DNA of 64,000 nt from Parcubacteria group bacterium (GTDB lineage: Bacteria; Patescibacteriota; Minisyncoccia; Phycocordibacterales; Phycocordibacteraceae). Under the pieces are notes generated by a model. It ran no database searches. It had not been told where the DNA came from and saw only the letters and a list, made by a program, of their open reading frames with translations. Position numbers and translations under genes: made by a program. This document shows positions 60,301-64,000 of the stretch, piece by piece. Every line of letters begins with the position of its first letter. Positions within the stretch are counted from its first letter, which is position 1. The DNA lies in the NCBI GenBank assembly GCA_028286525.1, contig JAQBRL010000020.1, positions 7,444 to 71,443 on the forward strand. The letters run 5' to 3'.

Positions 60301-60844
60301 CCGCGTCGGGGAGCCTGGTCCGGCCGCCTACACGGGCAACGTCGACCGGTTCGTCATCGGCGTCAAGACCGGTACCAACATCGATACCAAGACCTATGAC
60401 TTCGAACCGACTGCCATTACTCCCAAGACCGTTATCAATGGTGGCGGAGGAGGAGGCGGAGGTGGCGGGTTCATTACGCGAGCAGGCTCGGTGCTCGGTG
60501 CATCGACTTCCACGCCTGACGTATGCAGTCCTCTGCTTACGAGCTTCCTCAAGCTCGGCTGGAAGAACGACCCTACCCAAGTGAAGAAGCTCCAGCTCTT
60601 CCTCGCGAGCCATCTCGGCATCACGCTTCCGGCTACCGGGGTCTTCGGCCCAGCAACGCTGAACGCGGTGAAGCTCTTCCAGAAAGGCCAGTGGGATAGC
60701 GTGCTTAAACCATGGTTCGGGCAACCGGGTTCCGGCATCTCGAGCGCTGATACGCCGACCGGCTTCGTCTACCAGACGACCAAGTGGCGCATCAATAATA
60801 TCTGGTGCCCCGGAAGCGAAGCGTTTCCAACGACGCTTCAGTAG
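57314..60844 (+). CDS. Large secreted multidomain surface protein with a C-terminal peptidoglycan-binding-like domain
   Basis: Signal peptide; two copies of a WIWGED...DN...NPAGL beta-sandwich; Ig/pilin-like module; poly-Gly linker; C-terminal VKKLQ.FL..TG.FG..T..AVK.FQ. Confidence 0.8.
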   Translation: MIHTEARTSRLSRSLVALQASISMLSLIALSVPTSALASPVFHQQCIFVSDATTQQGGHDSVPVTLPLNQYWTATIADAAWIWGEDIFDIAKFDPSVNKTETFTKTFTVTGSSTASLNIAADNLYTARINGTVVDQHTEDPYLASNFETTHTTVIPAGLIHPGTNTLEIEVTNIGVATDARYNPAGLLYKLIVAADTCAVVPPVPPGPQPGHLVLTKHVVNDGGGVAAPSDFQLHVMTTDESPLDVANSPHAGSDTGITYELAPGDYTVSEDPGAHYQTTYSDFCAGGHVHITAGGNTECLVTNTFVPPPSCTVVSDPSTQEAGHDSAVLTFIHASWTHLLDSMGAKWIWGEDGVVDPVGNTTEVFTKVVHVNGTPSSATVDFATDNGYQVRVNGVLVGTDQIASEFNYGATTTLNILPNLTPNADNTIEFTVHNLAMTGGTQQTNPAGLIYAIHINDSTCSIPDPHQSATIVATKIVCDSDTDLPNLAGNSHATDANTASAFLASHPSCHLQSGWQFEWGNQDAGDAGNALIGPAGNGYTTSAQTDGTGSVTMTVPLANVNSIHIREVLKSGFIPFTFDSASSTPNGNSVSAELSCHQDGLNYDNLDYINSPTAGNTYYCVAYNAPKPSEGPGPGKFKVHIFKYLDNGDGGVAQIPNDSNAPHFPMIATYSIFGVGINLFPGDGYVLGDGGGVGGSDGGLQFAANTIPLSLGDTYGTHEVTGGDSVVVANADSCTPGKYLLEGYKTGDTLSDAQSATISSSAPNYLGIMHDKYVIVVNKACPAGQGGGDTTHTDETIVVHAGDLDTTSSNPLLVIVAGLNKWFFYNDTNDTVDNTLGSFVTGPATAPLGTGSAQMTDADANARPDIATYQFSGTKLADITSLAFSAYSHSGVAGASESPYLVMNVDFTGVSGAYQRRLVYVPSDNGSVPQDAWNTNDAVNGGAAKWVYSGPNWPATLVGPDAGLTVPGTTTRTWSAILADYPNARLLPSGGFVGVRVGEPGPAAYTGNVDRFVIGVKTGTNIDTKTYDFEPTAITPKTVINGGGGGGGGGGFITRAGSVLGASTSTPDVCSPLLTSFLKLGWKNDPTQVKKLQLFLASHLGITLPATGVFGPATLNAVKLFQKGQWDSVLKPWFGQPGSGISSADTPTGFVYQTTKWRINNIWCPGSEAFPTTLQ

Positions 60845-60867
60845 GCTTCCTCTCCATCTCGCTTACT

Positions 60868-60893
60868 CACAACCCCGCCTCTGGCGGGGTTGT
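60868..60893 (+). terminator. Hairpin terminator
   Basis: acaaccccgcc-tct-ggcggggttgt. Confidence 0.65.
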
Positions 60894-60924
60894 CGTTTAC
60901 CGGTTCTTGTTATATAAAAGAAGT

Positions 60925-61968
60925 ATGGTGAAATCAAAACCGACGCGCCGCATGCGAGCGCTCCTCCTCGCCGGAGAGTTCGCGGCTCTGGGTGCTGCGT
61001 CGGTCATCCTCCTCGTCTTCCTCGCTTCCTCGCTCGATGGTCTCTTGGTCCGAAGCGGCCAGGGAGCTGCCGTCATCACCTCCATGCTCGTGGACCTCGC
61101 GAATACCGATCGAGGCGTGAATCATGTCGGCGAACTTACTATAAGTCCGACCTTGACCAGCATTGCGCAGGCCAAAGCGAACGACATGGCCGCTCGCGGC
61201 TACTTCGCCCATGTCTCGCCGGAAGGGCACGACCCCTGGTACTGGTTCACGCAGGGCGGCTACCTCTTCTCCTACGCAGGCGAGAATCTTGCCGTGGACT
61301 TCTCTGACTCCGCGGACGTGGAGCAGGCGTGGATGAATTCCCCGACCCACCGTGCGAACCTCCTGAACGGGCATTTCACTGAAATAGGTATCGCGACCGC
61401 CGTCGGCACCTATCAAGGGCACCAGACGACCTTCGTCGTGCAGGAATTCGGTACGCCCGCCCATGCAACCCAAACGGCTGCGATAACGAACGTGACGAGC
61501 CCTACGGCTCCTACCGATATCGCGCTCGCAACGACTATCACCCCTTCGCCTCGACCAGTCGCACGGCCCCTAGCCATAGCGCGGGCGACCACTACTACCG
61601 GAAGCGCGACCGCCACCCCTGCCATTATCCAGCCAGCTGCACCGCACGCGACCGAGGTGCTGGGAGCCGCGGCTACCGGCCTTTCGAACCCGCCTGCGCC
61701 TCAGCAGTTGGGTCTTACCGCGCTCTGGAACGTCTTCGCTGCCTCGCCTAAGACCACGCTGCGCTACGCATACTATCTCTTCGGGCTTCTCATCCTTATC
61801 GCGCTGGTCATCGAGACCGGCATCGAACTCCGCCGGCACCATATGAAGCATGTATTCCTCGCGATAAGCCTCCTCGTCCTCATGAGCGGCCTCTTTATGG
61901 CGGCGAACGCATTCGTATTCACGAATCCCATCATCGCTGACACCGGAGCAACCGTTTCGGGCACTTGA
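60925..61968 (+). CDS. CAP (SCP) domain membrane protein
   Basis: AQAKANDMA.RGYFAH, AGENLA, WMNSPTHRANLL; TM segments at both ends. Confidence 0.92.
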   Translation: MVKSKPTRRMRALLLAGEFAALGAASVILLVFLASSLDGLLVRSGQGAAVITSMLVDLANTDRGVNHVGELTISPTLTSIAQAKANDMAARGYFAHVSPEGHDPWYWFTQGGYLFSYAGENLAVDFSDSADVEQAWMNSPTHRANLLNGHFTEIGIATAVGTYQGHQTTFVVQEFGTPAHATQTAAITNVTSPTAPTDIALATTITPSPRPVARPLAIARATTTTGSATATPAIIQPAAPHATEVLGAAATGLSNPPAPQQLGLTALWNVFAASPKTTLRYAYYLFGLLILIALVIETGIELRRHHMKHVFLAISLLVLMSGLFMAANAFVFTNPIIADTGATVSGT

Positions 61969-61987
61969 TACGCTATACTTCCTTCGT

Positions 61988-62188
61988 ATGATCAGATTCC
62001 TCATCATTTTGGCCATATTGATACTCGCCCTGTCCTTTTTCGGCATTTCTATACGCAGCATCGTCCAATCACCGACCGGCCACGACAATTTTACCTTCAT
62101 GTGGGAGCTCATCAGGACCGGCTGGCACATACTGCTTGGCTGGTTCCATGTCTTGGTCGCCACCATCCAGGCAGTGCTTCCGGGGTAA
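61988..62188 (+). CDS. Small membrane protein
   Basis: Hydrophobic 66-aa ORF; TATACT 8 nt before ATG. Confidence 0.65.
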   Translation: MIRFLIILAILILALSFFGISIRSIVQSPTGHDNFTFMWELIRTGWHILLGWFHVLVATIQAVLPG

Positions 62189-62320
62189 TACTCGAGCGCC
62201 ACATACTGGTCTTTTTGTCCAAGATATGGCTTTATAAGGCCATATTCTTGACAAGGAAGCCAGACTTGACGAACCCGAAAGCAGCCCTCTAGGGTTAGGT
62301 GATGGACGGCCCGAACCCCT

Positions 62321-62349
62321 TGACAAAAGAAGCTAAAGCTGCTAGTGTG
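62321..62349 (+). promoter_or_regulatory. Sigma-70-type promoter upstream of the 3D-domain gene
   Basis: TTGACA-17 nt-TAGTGT with an extended TG; coordinates approximate. Confidence 0.5.
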
Positions 62350-62379
62350 GCTTTACGAGGCCGTTTTTCGACCTCTCCT

Positions 62380-63009
62380 ATGAATCTAATCGCTACAGCC
62401 CTAGTAATGGGGATTCTTTTTTTGCCCGGAACGGCATTCGTGCCGGCGCACGTGGAGGCTTCCACGACGCCAGCGACGAATTCCGCTTCGAGTGATGACC
62501 CTTCCCCTATGAAGGCAGCTGCCGCGCCTGCGGTCGCTGCCTCGAGCTACAACGTGAAGCTTACGGCGTATAATGCCGTGGCTTCGCAGACCGACGGTGA
62601 TCCGTCCATAACCGCCAGTGGCGCGGCTTCTAACTCCGAAGTCATCGCGGCTCGCTCGCTCGACCTCGCAAGCGCGCTGCCGTTCGGCACCGTGGTGCAG
62701 ATCACGCGCACGGCAAACGACACGCCCGGCTGTAATTTCCATAAAGTCGAATCCCAGATCGGGTACCGCGTCATTGCGGACACCATGAACGCACGCTGGA
62801 CCAAGCGCGTGGACGTGGAACTCGATGCAGGCAATACCGTGAAGGTCGAGGGTAAATCGATCAATCCCGGCCTTGCGCTTGGCGTATGCAGCACGGTCAC
62901 CGTGAAGGTAGTGGGGCATGTCGCGCTCTCGCGGATACCGGGCACCCAAGCGGAACTCGCGCAGCTCATAGCGCCTACCGCAGCCGGCGCACTCGCGCTC
63001 AATAAATAA
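62380..63009 (+). CDS. 3D (MltA-like) domain secreted protein
   Basis: Signal peptide; LTAYN..QTD.DP.ITASG, LPFGT.V, ADTM..R..RVD. Confidence 0.8.
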   Translation: MNLIATALVMGILFLPGTAFVPAHVEASTTPATNSASSDDPSPMKAAAAPAVAASSYNVKLTAYNAVASQTDGDPSITASGAASNSEVIAARSLDLASALPFGTVVQITRTANDTPGCNFHKVESQIGYRVIADTMNARWTKRVDVELDAGNTVKVEGKSINPGLALGVCSTVTVKVVGHVALSRIPGTQAELAQLIAPTAAGALALNK

Positions 63010-63116
63010 TTCCGTAGGTACGTGAAAGAATTCGAGGGATCGAACGTCTAAAAAGGGCGGAACGCGCACGCGTTCCGCCCTTTCGCGTCGTTTGCTATAC
63101 TAAAAAAATACTCGGT

Positions 63117-64000
63117 ATGCATCTCTACCCTCGTCATCTCATCATCCTTGCGGAGATCGCGCTCATCCTCCTGTGCGCCAGCATGCTTTTCAATATCGCC
63201 CCGGACACCGCGCATGCCGTGACCACCACGAAGACGACTACCGCTAAAGCGACTGCCGTGCAGAAGCCAGCACCGCCCGCTCCGGTAGTAGCCAAGACCG
63301 CATTCGAAGTGTCCGGCTGGATACCGTACTGGCGCACCGCGACCGGAACCGCGGACGTTCTGCCGCATCTTTCCCAAATGACGGAAGTGAATCCGTTCGG
63401 CTACACGGTCAAGCAGGACGGAAGCCTCTTTGACGCGATGAAGGTAGCGGACCCCGCATGGCAGAACCTCTTTACGCAAGCGAAAGCGAAGAAAGTCCGC
63501 ATCATTCCGACCGTCATGTGGAGCGATACGAACGCCATTCACACGGTGCTCTCGAACCCGACGCTGCGCGCGGCCCATGAGGACGCTATCGTCGCCATGG
63601 TGAATCAGAATAACTTCGACGGCGTCGACATCGACTACGAAGGCAAGCTTGCGAGCGACCGCGATAATTATTCCGCGTTCCTTAAGGAGCTCTACGCGAA
63701 GATGGGAAAGAAGTGGGTGACCTGCACCACTGAAGCGCGCACTCCTCCGGACTCGCTCTACGCCACTATTCCGAGCACTCTCGAGTACGCGAACGATTAC
63801 AAGGCAATCGCTAAGTACTGCGACCGGGTGAAGCTCATGACCTACGACCAGGAGTCCGCGGACCTCAAGCTCAACAAGGCATCTACAGGCCTCTATACCC
63901 CTATCGCCGACCCGTCCTGGGTGACGAAGGTGGTGAATCTCGCGAGCAAGGACATCCCGAAGTCGAAGATCGAGATCGGCGTGGCTACCTACGGCTATAT
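63117..64000 (+). CDS. Glycoside hydrolase family 18 protein, 3'-truncated by the window edge
   Basis: Manual translation: signal/TM segment, GWIPYW, FDGVDIDYE (DxDxE), MTYD. Confidence 0.88.
   Translation, partial: MHLYPRHLIILAEIALILLCASMLFNIAPDTAHAVTTTKTTTAKATAVQKPAPPAPVVAKTAFEVSGWIPYWRTATGTADVLPHLSQMTEVNPFGYTVKQDGSLFDAMKVADPAWQNLFTQAKAKKVRIIPTVMWSDTNAIHTVLSNPTLRAAHEDAIVAMVNQNNFDGVDIDYEGKLASDRDNYSAFLKELYAKMGKKWVTCTTEARTPPDSLYATIPSTLEYANDYKAIAKYCDRVKLMTYDQESADLKLNKASTGLYTPIADPSWVTKVVNLASKDIPKSKIEIGVATYGY

Noticed and set aside
60440-60470. GGN-rich tandem run
   Set aside because: It encodes an in-frame poly-Gly linker with mixed codons and is not a phase-variable repeat.

Overview
Gene-dense, roughly 58% GC chromosomal segment using genetic code 11. 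Gene content and architecture point to a Patescibacteria/CPR (Parcubacteria-like) genome; this is inferred from the short AlaRS, the archaeal-type AspRS, the fused infA-rpmJ-rpsM-rpsK-rpsD-rpoA-rplQ-rplM-rpsI block and several CPR-typical hypothetical proteins. Nearly all genes are on the + strand. The window holds six aminoacyl-tRNA synthetases (leuS with an internal NUDIX domain, alaS, tyrS, trpS, aspS, gltX), tRNA-Tyr, grpE/dnaK/dnaJ, scpA/scpB, mraY-ftsW-murG, mltG, mnmA, ung, an M16 peptidase pair, a SpeD/DUF2156/sensor-kinase island and a cluster of surface proteins. I found no CRISPR array, rRNA, transposase or integrase. Four less obvious patterns stand out. (1) Two ~125-bp imperfect palindromes 45 kb apart share an identical central hairpin (CGTACT-ATG-AGTACG), have different but self-complementary arms, and each contains the upstream gene's stop codon. 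(2) There appear to be two expression styles: core genes look leaderless (a -10 box 6-9 nt before ATG), while short orphan genes carry strong Shine-Dalgarno sites and their own hairpins, including a tandem paralog array inside dnaK-dnaJ. (3) alaS contains an in-frame AT-rich patch. (4) An ATP-cone nuclease, a RecB/Cas4-like nuclease and Ung form a tight operon. All family assignments come from reading motifs by eye; no searches were run.
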